Below the pieces are notes generated by a model that searched no databases, had not been told where the DNA came from, and saw only the letters and a list, made by a program, of their open reading frames with translations. A stretch of DNA of 64,000 nucleotides from an uncultured Candidatus Micrarchaeota archaeon (GTDB lineage: Archaea; Micrarchaeota; Micrarchaeia; Anstonellales; Bilamarchaeaceae), in assembly GCA_963723105.1 (NCBI GenBank), contig CAVRPK010000002.1, positions 121,098 to 185,097 on the forward strand, in the 5' to 3' direction. Numbering within the stretch: the first letter of the stretch is position 1; every line of letters starts with the position of its first letter. Positions 19,444 through 28,303 of the stretch are shown one piece after another. Made by a program: the position numbers and the translations under genes.

Positions 19444-22400
19444 TTACCACATTACTCTAGCAGTACCCATGATTCCCCATCCCATAGGAGCATTCATAAT
19501 TCCAGTAACGCTTTCTTCTTGTCCTGCCCATGGACTGAGTTGTTCTGGGGATGTAACTGAACCTGGTGTTGTTGGCCAGCTTCCTGAGTATCCCATAATA
19601 TGGCCAGATATTATTGTTCCTGGGTCACTACTTCCTGGATCTTGCCTTTCATAGGTTACTCCAAGGCCTCCTCTTAGAACTGGATATGTTTCGTATTCTG
19701 CTGCTGGATGGAGAGATCCCTCTGGTTCTGGACTTGTGGATGCATCTTCAAGCATTCTCCTTCTCTCAGCTCCTCCTTCAAAGAAGAAGTGGAGACTAAG
19801 AGATTCACCAGTAGTGATGTTTGTTCTTGCCCATGTGAGTCCAACTCCTGCAGTGGTTCTTTGAAGTTCATTTAGGTCTGAACACTCCCCTCCGCTTAGC
19901 TGTGAACAAACCTGTGCCATTTCATCAGCGTTTTCAAAGACATCATCACTTGCAAATACTACTTGTCTCGTTGTCTGATTGAAGAATACATATGAGTATA
20001 GCTGTTCGTTTACTCTCTCAGTATTAAGCATTGTAATGCGATGACTTAATCCAACCTGCCAATTGGTCCATTGCTCGTTTCCATATGTTCTCTGGCCATA
20101 TAATACACCTGCAAGAAGATCTTGTCTGTGGTCTTGTAATAATTGTGCAAGTGCGCCTATTGTCCAATTGCCACCTGGGCTATATTGTTCATGACCTGCT
20201 TCGGTAAGAGGTATTGTTAGTCCTCCCATGAGCCTAAATGCTGTCAGTGTTCGAAGTCTTCGATCTCCTGAGAATGTAAATTCGTAATCCTCGCCTTCTG
20301 TTGAAATGTCAAGTCTGCTAACTCCATGTCCAATGTAGTTGCCAGATTCTTCCCATTCATCAAGGTCTTCCTGAGTTCCAATCATGATAGAACCTCTTGA
20401 ATTTGGACCTGTTCCAATTCGGGTTACCATGACGAAATATCTATTTCTTCTCTCTGGACTATCCCCTTCCATTTCTGCATTGAGATGGCTTCCATAGATA
20501 ACATCATATCGTTCTGCCTGCTGTCTTCCATGCGAGTTCAATGCTGCTGCAAGGCAAGGTCTTATGTTCTGTTCAATTATTCTTCGAACTTCAGCTCCAG
20601 TTAATTCTGCTCTTGCTGGTGGCTGCCTGATATTGACTTCAGATAAACTTGCTTCAACGCTTCCGCTTGTTCCTGCTCTTCGTACAAACTCAGTTTCTAC
20701 TTCTTCAGGAGTTTTCAATACCCATCCAAGAGAATGAACATTGTTTTCAATGAGCTGTACTAGTTCTTCTCCATATTCAGTAGCAATGCGTTCTCGGTTT
20801 GGATTAACTCTTCTAAGTTCTCTATATATGTCTACAATTGCTTCTGCAGTTTCACTGCTTCTTCTTGAAGAAATTAACATTGCAAGTGGATCTTCATCCT
20901 CATCAATCATTCTTGCAAGCTCAGTTCTCACTTGTGCAACAGGTCGAATCATCCACTCAAGACCATTTCCTCTCTGTGCATGAACAATATCTGCAAATCC
21001 TTGGCCATAAATTCTTTCCATTCTGTCATGGCTGTATGCAACACTTCCAAGCCTGATGTATGCATCGCGTGCAGCTGCCGAATGATCTGAGGTTCTATGA
21101 AGCGTAACATTGCGCTCATACCTTGACAGTTCAATTGCAGGCCAATCAAGAACTCCAAAGCCCATATATGCATCAATATACGGATTTGCCCTCTCACTTC
21201 TTTGTACTTGGAACCCTCCTGTTGAATCAGGGTCTTCTACAATCATTACTGATGAATGGGTGTATCCATGACCAAGGAGGTCTATGTATGCACGAGCCGG
21301 TCTTCCAAATATAAACATTCCATAAAGATTTGCATATGCTGTTTCATCATCTGTCCATTGTCCTGTTGCAATTGTGTAAATTCTTAATCGCTCTCCATCA
21401 TATCCATAACCAAGTGCAAATCTCCAAATATCACTTGTAAAGTCATTTTGAAGGGAACTTGATAATCCTTGTAGAATCTGTTCTTCGTTTGTTGGATTTT
21501 GCTGAATGTCTAACATTGCCTGGTCTATCCGGTCATACAATCTACTAAATCCAGGAACTCTTTGCACTCCAGCAAGAATTCCATGCCTCCTGGCCCAGTA
21601 TGCCATAAGTAAACTTGCATAATGTTCGTTTGGTGCTTCTGGCTGATCCTCTGCTTCTCCTTGCCAGCCCTCCATTCTTCCATACATGTATGTTCCAGCT
21701 ACTAACCATCCAGTGTCACGAGCCTCGTCTTCTCCCCAACCATACATATTGACAAGAACATTTCTCATTGTTGCAAAAACTTCATCTGATTCCTGATCCA
21801 CTGCTCTGAATTCGCGCAGCAAATCTACTTCAGTATATCCACCAGTAAGTCCATGCCCATATGATCTGTGCGCGCCTGTCTGCCTTTCATATCTCCATCT
21901 GGCACCAGCTGTTAGTGGATATCCACCAACTGCACGGAATTCCATTGATGCTTGTCTTGGAGCAATTGCCATTCTTCTCCACATGAATTCTCCAGAACCT
22001 TCTGCCCAATGTGATCCATCTATACTTGTAGAATCCTCAGGATTCATTTCAAGAATCTGTGCTCCTCTGTAAAATCCTGCATAAATATCCCGAGCTCGTC
22101 CATCTTCAAGAATGTGGGTTACTGCTTGTCCCATGGCCTCCTCAGCATGTTGCGGAGTCATAGTTCCCATATCTCGAACAACTTGTCCAAGTGCAAGAGT
22201 AGTTGAAGTATCCCCTCTAGTAGTTGGAATTGTAAAGCCTACTGCAGCACCATCAAATCCAGCAAGAGCAGATTCTCCGTTAATCTCATTCCAAACTCCC
22301 TGCTCGCGCGCAAGCCTTTCAATTTCATCTGCGCCGGTTTGAGCTTGCTGCTCTGCATTTAGTCCAAGATGTCTTTCTATTAATCTAGTTCTCTCTGCAC

Positions 22401-25400
22401 CTGAAAGTGCTGGTGCAACTGCACTATTTCTTCCTGCAAATCTAAGGCCTGCCAGAATATTTCTGGTATCTGTACTTCCATATAAATAATTGAGTATCTG
22501 TGCGTGCGTATCAATTCCATATGCAAGATCATATGCATTTCCAGTTGATCCATCAATGTAGAAAAGTCTTGTTCTAAGCTGGCTTCTCTCATCCTGCAAT
22601 ACTGCTCCAACTGTGCCAGGAGCAGCTCCTTCTGGAACTGGCGCGCGAAGCTCTGGTGCATGTTCTCCGCCGACTACAACAAGCATATCTCCTCCAGAGT
22701 CTCTTGCAATTCTGGAATATGTTTCAAGAAGTCCACTGTATCTTTCTCTACTTTGCACCTCTCCAGTTTCTTCAGTTGTTTGGTCCGCACCTTCATAATT
22801 GAATCGTATATTCCCTCTTTGCAATCCTACTCCTTCTCCAAATGCAACTGGAATAACTCCAGCAACCCCCACTGGAAGTCCTGCTGCCTGAGCTTCAATA
22901 TCAACATCAGTTTCAGCTGTTTCACTATCTCCAGCCTCTTCTGATTCTACTGCTGTTCTTCTATGAGTTACAACCCCCCGGCCTCGAACTCCCCCAGTAA
23001 TTGCCCTTCCTTGCCCAACTCCTCCAACTGCTGCTACATCTGTTGAAGTTGTATCTGAGTCTGTTGCAGTTGGGATAGTTCCCTCATGACCGTAATAGCC
23101 ACCAACTTCCCAATCATGGCGAAGCCAATAGCTACTATAGTCTATTGGCATCTCACCAAATAATCTTGTTATCTCTCTGATAATTGTGGAAGCTCCAAGG
23201 GCTCCGATTCTATATCTTTGCGGAATTCCGTGTATCATATGTCTTCCAAGTGTTGGGTGCAGCATGTCATACATTCTTGAGAAATATTCAGTTGCACCAG
23301 AATCAAGTCCAAATCTGCTTGGAGGCTCAATCAAACTTCTTGGCATTGTTGGAGATGGGATTAAATTCCAAGGTTGTGCTGCTTGTCCATAAAGTTGTGG
23401 AAGTGGTTCCATTCCTTCCATTTGCAGGAAGTGGGGTCTGTACCTATATCCTTGAGGATTCCATGGACTTTCCATAAGTTGCCTTTCAGGAACTCTTCTA
23501 AGTTCATCCTCCATTCTATTGTGATCATATGTTGCAGTAACTTCTGGAAGTCTCTGTCCAATTCTGGCAAACACTTCAAGGAAGTATTCCCTGTTCCTAT
23601 GTGTGCTGTAAGAAAGAGTAGCTCCTGCTGTTGAGTACATCCTGCTGAATACTGTATTGAACGTTTCAATTCCGGCAACAAGTGTTCTTTCATCCTGTGC
23701 AACACTGATTATTGCTGGAAGAACCTGCAGGATGAATGGACCAACTAAGTATGGGTCTCTTTGACTAATCAATAACAGCGAATTCATTGTTGCCCGCGCG
23801 GCACTTGTTCCGAATTCTGAGCCCAGGCTTCCAATTCTGCCAAGTCCAACTCCAAGGTAAAGCGCATCAATAATCGAGAGTTGGTTTCTAAGGTTTGTTG
23901 CTTCTGCTTCAGTAAATCCTCGTGCATCTTCTGCATCAGAAGCTATTCCACTATCCCGTCTTCCCTGGAGGTATGTGCTCTCAAGCTGGCCATAGAATGT
24001 TCTTCCTGCAGTAATCAAATCTCTTCCTGATTCACTGCTAAGGAAACGTGCAAGGTCTTCTGGAGTTTGAAGTCCGCTTTCTGCAGTTCCTGGCGGAAGA
24101 CTGATACTGTATCTTCTTGCAAGTGTTTGCAGTTGTGAATTTAGAAGGTCCAGATTAATGAAATTTCTAAATAGATAATCATTTGATCCAAACTGGTCTC
24201 TGTAATGGTTAATTGCAAGAGTTAAGTTCGCACCAAGATCATCAGTTGCATTTGCAAAAACAAGAACTCCTTGAAGTCTTGAATAAACTCCTGGAAGAAC
24301 TTCAGCAACATGCCTGAAGTTTTGCATAAATTCTCCACGTGCAACCCCATCTCCTGCTTCAAAGCTTCTGTTTAATTGTTCTAATCGCTCTGCATCAACT
24401 TGTCTTAGGTGCTCAACATCACTAGTACTTAGGTTTTCAAGGAATCTAAGCTGTGCTCGGTTTCTCTCAACCATTTGCACAAATGCTGCTCCATATATTT
24501 GTCTAAGTCCTGCAATTCTTGCAGTTCTCTCTTCTGATGCCGGAGTGTTCAATGCTCCATAAACAGAACCAAGTGCATATAGCAGTTGTTCATCCTGATG
24601 TCTGTATGCTCTGTGAAGAGCAGTAACCACTCTGGTATATGCTTGTGGATATGCGCGGTATAATGATTGTCTTACTGATGCTGGAAGTGCAGTTACTTCT
24701 TCAAGTCCTGCTCTTGCCTCTGCAAGCGGAGCTAAATGCTCTCTTTGTCTTTCCACTGCACTGACAAATCTATCACCATAAAGCTCTACCATCCTCTCTC
24801 TTGTCTCAGTTCCATCAGGACGAGCTATTGCACGATAAACTCTGATCGTTATATTCGCAAACAATACGTTTTGGCCCATTCTCAAATTTTGTTCGCTAGT
24901 GCCAGTTAAATTTTCAAGGAATCCAAGAACTGGTCTGTGATCATTTATCAATCTGACAAATTCAGTTCCATGTCTTCTTTGCACATCCGCTACATTCCCG
25001 CTTCCTCTTGAAATCGCATTGTATGCCGTTCCAAGGTCTCTGCTAAATCCACGGTCTCCCATGCTGGAAATAAATGCTCTAAGCTCTGGATCAGCTCTGC
25101 CAAGTACAGCAAAAATAATATCTCCGATTACTGCTTGCTTGTCTGGATTTGTAACTCCACTGTACCAGGTCATTCCACTTCGAAGCGATCCAACATCGCT
25201 TGAGCTTGCAATTGTTTCTGAAAATCCATCAATACTGCCTGCAGTTCTTGAAAGGTCTCCTCCAGTTTCTGCAAGGTGAATCATTGAAAATGCAAGTTCA
25301 ACTGATCTTCTAAGTTCAGTTCCACTAATCATGCTTTCTTGCAGTGCTCTTTGTTCTGTTAGGAGGGTTTGTATTTCTGCTTGATCAGCACCACCTGCTG

Positions 25401-28065
25401 CAAGCCTTATCCTTCTACTTTCTTCTTCCCACCTATTGATTCTTTCTTCAAGCATTGGACGTGCAGGTGCAAGAATGCTGTGTTCCAGTTGTCTTCTCAT
25501 GCTTTCTAGATCACGTTCAATTGTACTGGAATTTGCTGTGATCTCTCCCCTACTTCCTTCAAGAGCTTCTCCTGATATTCCTCTTGTTCTTGATGCTTCT
25601 CTGCTTGCAACTGGAGTTAAGAAAAATCTTCCAAGCGAATCAATTCCATCCATTCTAGCAAGTCCGCCTCTAGTTAAAGCCTCTCTTCCACTGGCATATG
25701 AAAGAATGAATTGTACTGGAGTAAATGGAAATAGTAATTCTTTTGCTGATCTGGTTATTTGGTCTTGCCCCCGCAAAAGTCGTTGTTCAATACTTGTAAC
25801 ATTTCCGCCTAGCCACTCTAATTGCGCTCTGTTTTGAGTAACAAAATCCACTGCAGCCTGTCCATACTGAGTAACTAATTCTGCTGTAGTTGGACTTGCC
25901 TGTCCATGAGCTGCATAAATTGCATGAAGTGCTCTTGCAAGACCTCCAATTGAATATCCAATTGCTGGTGCTCCTCCTTGAGTAGCCAGTGTATCAGCTT
26001 CACGAACAAACACATCAGATGTTCTTGTTGTCATCTCATGTTCTATTTGTCCTACTGGTCTAACTGCCCAGTGCAATGTATCAAGATTTTGTGAAACATA
26101 ATTCACAAATTCACTACCATATCTTGTAGCAAGCAATTCTCTTGTTTGTCTGAATAATGTAATTTGTGCGTATGCTGCAGATAATGTAGTTCCACCGTCT
26201 TGTGGGAAAAGCGCCTTTAGCTGAACTGCAACCTCATCTGATTCTTCTCCCCTTCCAGGTGCTGATCTTCGATCAAGTTCTGCCTGTACTTCTTCTGGAG
26301 TTCCTGCAAGCCAGGATAGTTCAGCATAATGTTCAGTGATAATTGAGCCTGCTGGAACAGCGCCTATTCCAAGTCGCTCTGTTGCAAGCTGTCCATAAAC
26401 ATCTGCAAGCGCAGCACCTCTGTCAAGTCTTTCTCCGGCTTGCACTCTAATTGTCATTGAAGAAATGCGTCTTGCATGTATGTCTTCTTCGCGTGCTCTA
26501 TCTGTTAATACTCTGTTTAGATCAGTGGCAGTTCTTATCATCCAGGTTGGTCTTCTTGCTGAAACAAGCGCTATTAATTCCGGACTATATGCTGCTCTGA
26601 GTCTGTCCATATCTGGAGGGCTTCTGAGAAGTTCTATGTAAATATCTCTAACTGCGATTGATCTTACGTTTCTTCTGAAATTCATTTCAATACTTGAGAT
26701 TGTAGTATTACCCTGAATTTGCGCTCTATACAATCTTACAAACTCATTGAAGAAAGTATCATTTCTCTCAAGTGGTACTCTGGTGTATGTTCTTGATCCA
26801 ATATCTCCGGTACCCGCAACAAAATTGCCACTATAAATTCTGATAAATTCATCTCTGGCAGTTGTACTTCCAGTTGCAAGCACCTGCTCCATCAAAGTTG
26901 CGCATCTTCTAGCTAGTCCAAGCGAAATAATATCAACAAATCTGTCAACTGTTTCATTTCCATGTGCCTGTCTAAGCGATTGAAGTCTTGAGACATTGCC
27001 TGTGCTTGCAGCTTCATACATTTGCGAAACTGCAGTTGCAAATGCTTCTGGATCTACCTGGTTATTATGGTGAGTATAATATGATCTGTAAACCATGGAA
27101 ATTGGTGATGGCTGTCTATGGCCTTCCTCTCCAACTTGGTCTCTTGTTATGCGCTCCAAAAATAATCTTTGGAATCCTGTCCAGAATTCTCCGGATGTAC
27201 TGTGCGCTCCAAATATTCTTCTAAATTCATCTCTTTGTGCAGTGTCTCCAGTGAGCATAAAGTTTCGAAGAGAATCAACACATCTTGTTGCTTGCTGGTT
27301 TGGTAATTCTCCAGATAAAAGATTAGTTAAATTTTCTCCATGTCGCTCTCTTATCTCAGTAAGCCCTGTTGCTTCGAGTACATGTCTTGCAGCATCTTCT
27401 GCAGTAGCATCTGTATGAGCTCTTCTATATGCTCTGAATCTTCCAATTTCACTTTCTGCTGGAGCCTCTGTTTCTCCTGCTCTCTCTACTCTTTGAACCA
27501 GTGCATCTATCAGTGCCCATGTAGTTGCATTGGCAGCAAGCCTGGTTCTAATCTCACGAACTTTGGTAATAAAATCTTCCATGATAGAAGGTTCCATTCG
27601 AATTCCGATAACGTGATCAAGATCAGCTTCATATGCTTCAAGAATTGGACGAACTTGATCATCTGCTCTCATTGTTGTCATTCTGCTATGAAGCTCATCC
27701 ATAAATTCTCTGTTTTCAGTTACCGGCTGCTCCTGGAATTGACTTGTGATAAGAGCTCTGTATCTTGTATAATCAGCTTCATTTCCTGTTAAAATATAAT
27801 TTTGATATGCGGTTGCAGCATCCCTAGCTCTTTGCTGAAGGCCTGCTACTTCTTCCTGTTCCGCGTGGGTAGCTCCCCTACGTCGAGTTGCCGGTTGTGC
27901 CATAACAGAATTTACTCCGAGATGATTTATATTATTACCGCCTAAGAAAACTGAGACTGCAACTAAAGGCGCAAGCAAATATTTTCCAAAAATAGAACTT
28001 TTTCTGCGGTGCGGTCGCTCTCCATGATCCCCCTTTTGATCATGTTTTATTTTGGATCCAACCAT
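19444..28065 (-). CDS. Giant (2873 aa) exported protein with helical repeats and a C-terminal beta-barrel-like region
   Basis: Uninterrupted 8.6-kb ORF with a GGAG upstream; basic leader plus hydrophobic signal; amphipathic strand pattern; terminal Trp. Confidence 0.85.
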   Translation of the reverse strand: MVGSKIKHDQKGDHGERPHRRKSSIFGKYLLAPLVAVSVFLGGNNINHLGVNSVMAQPATRRRGATHAEQEEVAGLQQRARDAATAYQNYILTGNEADYTRYRALITSQFQEQPVTENREFMDELHSRMTTMRADDQVRPILEAYEADLDHVIGIRMEPSIMEDFITKVREIRTRLAANATTWALIDALVQRVERAGETEAPAESEIGRFRAYRRAHTDATAEDAARHVLEATGLTEIRERHGENLTNLLSGELPNQQATRCVDSLRNFMLTGDTAQRDEFRRIFGAHSTSGEFWTGFQRLFLERITRDQVGEEGHRQPSPISMVYRSYYTHHNNQVDPEAFATAVSQMYEAASTGNVSRLQSLRQAHGNETVDRFVDIISLGLARRCATLMEQVLATGSTTARDEFIRIYSGNFVAGTGDIGSRTYTRVPLERNDTFFNEFVRLYRAQIQGNTTISSIEMNFRRNVRSIAVRDIYIELLRSPPDMDRLRAAYSPELIALVSARRPTWMIRTATDLNRVLTDRAREEDIHARRISSMTIRVQAGERLDRGAALADVYGQLATERLGIGAVPAGSIITEHYAELSWLAGTPEEVQAELDRRSAPGRGEESDEVAVQLKALFPQDGGTTLSAAYAQITLFRQTRELLATRYGSEFVNYVSQNLDTLHWAVRPVGQIEHEMTTRTSDVFVREADTLATQGGAPAIGYSIGGLARALHAIYAAHGQASPTTAELVTQYGQAAVDFVTQNRAQLEWLGGNVTSIEQRLLRGQDQITRSAKELLFPFTPVQFILSYASGREALTRGGLARMDGIDSLGRFFLTPVASREASRTRGISGEALEGSRGEITANSSTIERDLESMRRQLEHSILAPARPMLEERINRWEEESRRIRLAAGGADQAEIQTLLTEQRALQESMISGTELRRSVELAFSMIHLAETGGDLSRTAGSIDGFSETIASSSDVGSLRSGMTWYSGVTNPDKQAVIGDIIFAVLGRADPELRAFISSMGDRGFSRDLGTAYNAISRGSGNVADVQRRHGTEFVRLINDHRPVLGFLENLTGTSEQNLRMGQNVLFANITIRVYRAIARPDGTETRERMVELYGDRFVSAVERQREHLAPLAEARAGLEEVTALPASVRQSLYRAYPQAYTRVVTALHRAYRHQDEQLLYALGSVYGALNTPASEERTARIAGLRQIYGAAFVQMVERNRAQLRFLENLSTSDVEHLRQVDAERLEQLNRSFEAGDGVARGEFMQNFRHVAEVLPGVYSRLQGVLVFANATDDLGANLTLAINHYRDQFGSNDYLFRNFINLDLLNSQLQTLARRYSISLPPGTAESGLQTPEDLARFLSSESGRDLITAGRTFYGQLESTYLQGRRDSGIASDAEDARGFTEAEATNLRNQLSIIDALYLGVGLGRIGSLGSEFGTSAARATMNSLLLISQRDPYLVGPFILQVLPAIISVAQDERTLVAGIETFNTVFSRMYSTAGATLSYSTHRNREYFLEVFARIGQRLPEVTATYDHNRMEDELRRVPERQLMESPWNPQGYRYRPHFLQMEGMEPLPQLYGQAAQPWNLIPSPTMPRSLIEPPSRFGLDSGATEYFSRMYDMLHPTLGRHMIHGIPQRYRIGALGASTIIREITRLFGEMPIDYSSYWLRHDWEVGGYYGHEGTIPTATDSDTTSTDVAAVGGVGQGRAITGGVRGRGVVTHRRTAVESEEAGDSETAETDVDIEAQAAGLPVGVAGVIPVAFGEGVGLQRGNIRFNYEGADQTTEETGEVQSRERYSGLLETYSRIARDSGGDMLVVVGGEHAPELRAPVPEGAAPGTVGAVLQDERSQLRTRLFYIDGSTGNAYDLAYGIDTHAQILNYLYGSTDTRNILAGLRFAGRNSAVAPALSGAERTRLIERHLGLNAEQQAQTGADEIERLAREQGVWNEINGESALAGFDGAAVGFTIPTTRGDTSTTLALGQVVRDMGTMTPQHAEEAMGQAVTHILEDGRARDIYAGFYRGAQILEMNPEDSTSIDGSHWAEGSGEFMWRRMAIAPRQASMEFRAVGGYPLTAGARWRYERQTGAHRSYGHGLTGGYTEVDLLREFRAVDQESDEVFATMRNVLVNMYGWGEDEARDTGWLVAGTYMYGRMEGWQGEAEDQPEAPNEHYASLLMAYWARRHGILAGVQRVPGFSRLYDRIDQAMLDIQQNPTNEEQILQGLSSSLQNDFTSDIWRFALGYGYDGERLRIYTIATGQWTDDETAYANLYGMFIFGRPARAYIDLLGHGYTHSSVMIVEDPDSTGGFQVQRSERANPYIDAYMGFGVLDWPAIELSRYERNVTLHRTSDHSAAARDAYIRLGSVAYSHDRMERIYGQGFADIVHAQRGNGLEWMIRPVAQVRTELARMIDEDEDPLAMLISSRRSSETAEAIVDIYRELRRVNPNRERIATEYGEELVQLIENNVHSLGWVLKTPEEVETEFVRRAGTSGSVEASLSEVNIRQPPARAELTGAEVRRIIEQNIRPCLAAALNSHGRQQAERYDVIYGSHLNAEMEGDSPERRNRYFVMVTRIGTGPNSRGSIMIGTQEDLDEWEESGNYIGHGVSRLDISTEGEDYEFTFSGDRRLRTLTAFRLMGGLTIPLTEAGHEQYSPGGNWTIGALAQLLQDHRQDLLAGVLYGQRTYGNEQWTNWQVGLSHRITMLNTERVNEQLYSYVFFNQTTRQVVFASDDVFENADEMAQVCSQLSGGECSDLNELQRTTAGVGLTWARTNITTGESLSLHFFFEGGAERRRMLEDASTSPEPEGSLHPAAEYETYPVLRGGLGVTYERQDPGSSDPGTIISGHIMGYSGSWPTTPGSVTSPEQLSPWAGQEESVTGIMNAPMGWGIMGTARVMW

Positions 28066-28303
28066 TTCCTGATTCTCCTATTCGGTTTGCACTTATAGAT
28101 TATCTTTGCCAATATTATTACAATGCTAATTCCAGTTGCCTATACTGATTACAACACATCTAATATTTAACATAGCGTATCCCCCTAAGGGGATTCACTA
28201 AACTTGTATGGATCGGACTGTAATTATTTTACGATAACTTATCTATACTAGTTGTGTTAAGAAAAATTAAAAAAGGGTTGTTTCAGAAAGTGACTATCAG
28301 AGG

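Noticed and set aside
28179..28196. Hairpin ATCCCC-CTAA-GGGGAT sharing CCTAAGGGGATT with SRP RNA (54518-54529)
   Set aside because: A 12-nt match is expected by chance in 64 kb; it may just be a small terminator or operator.
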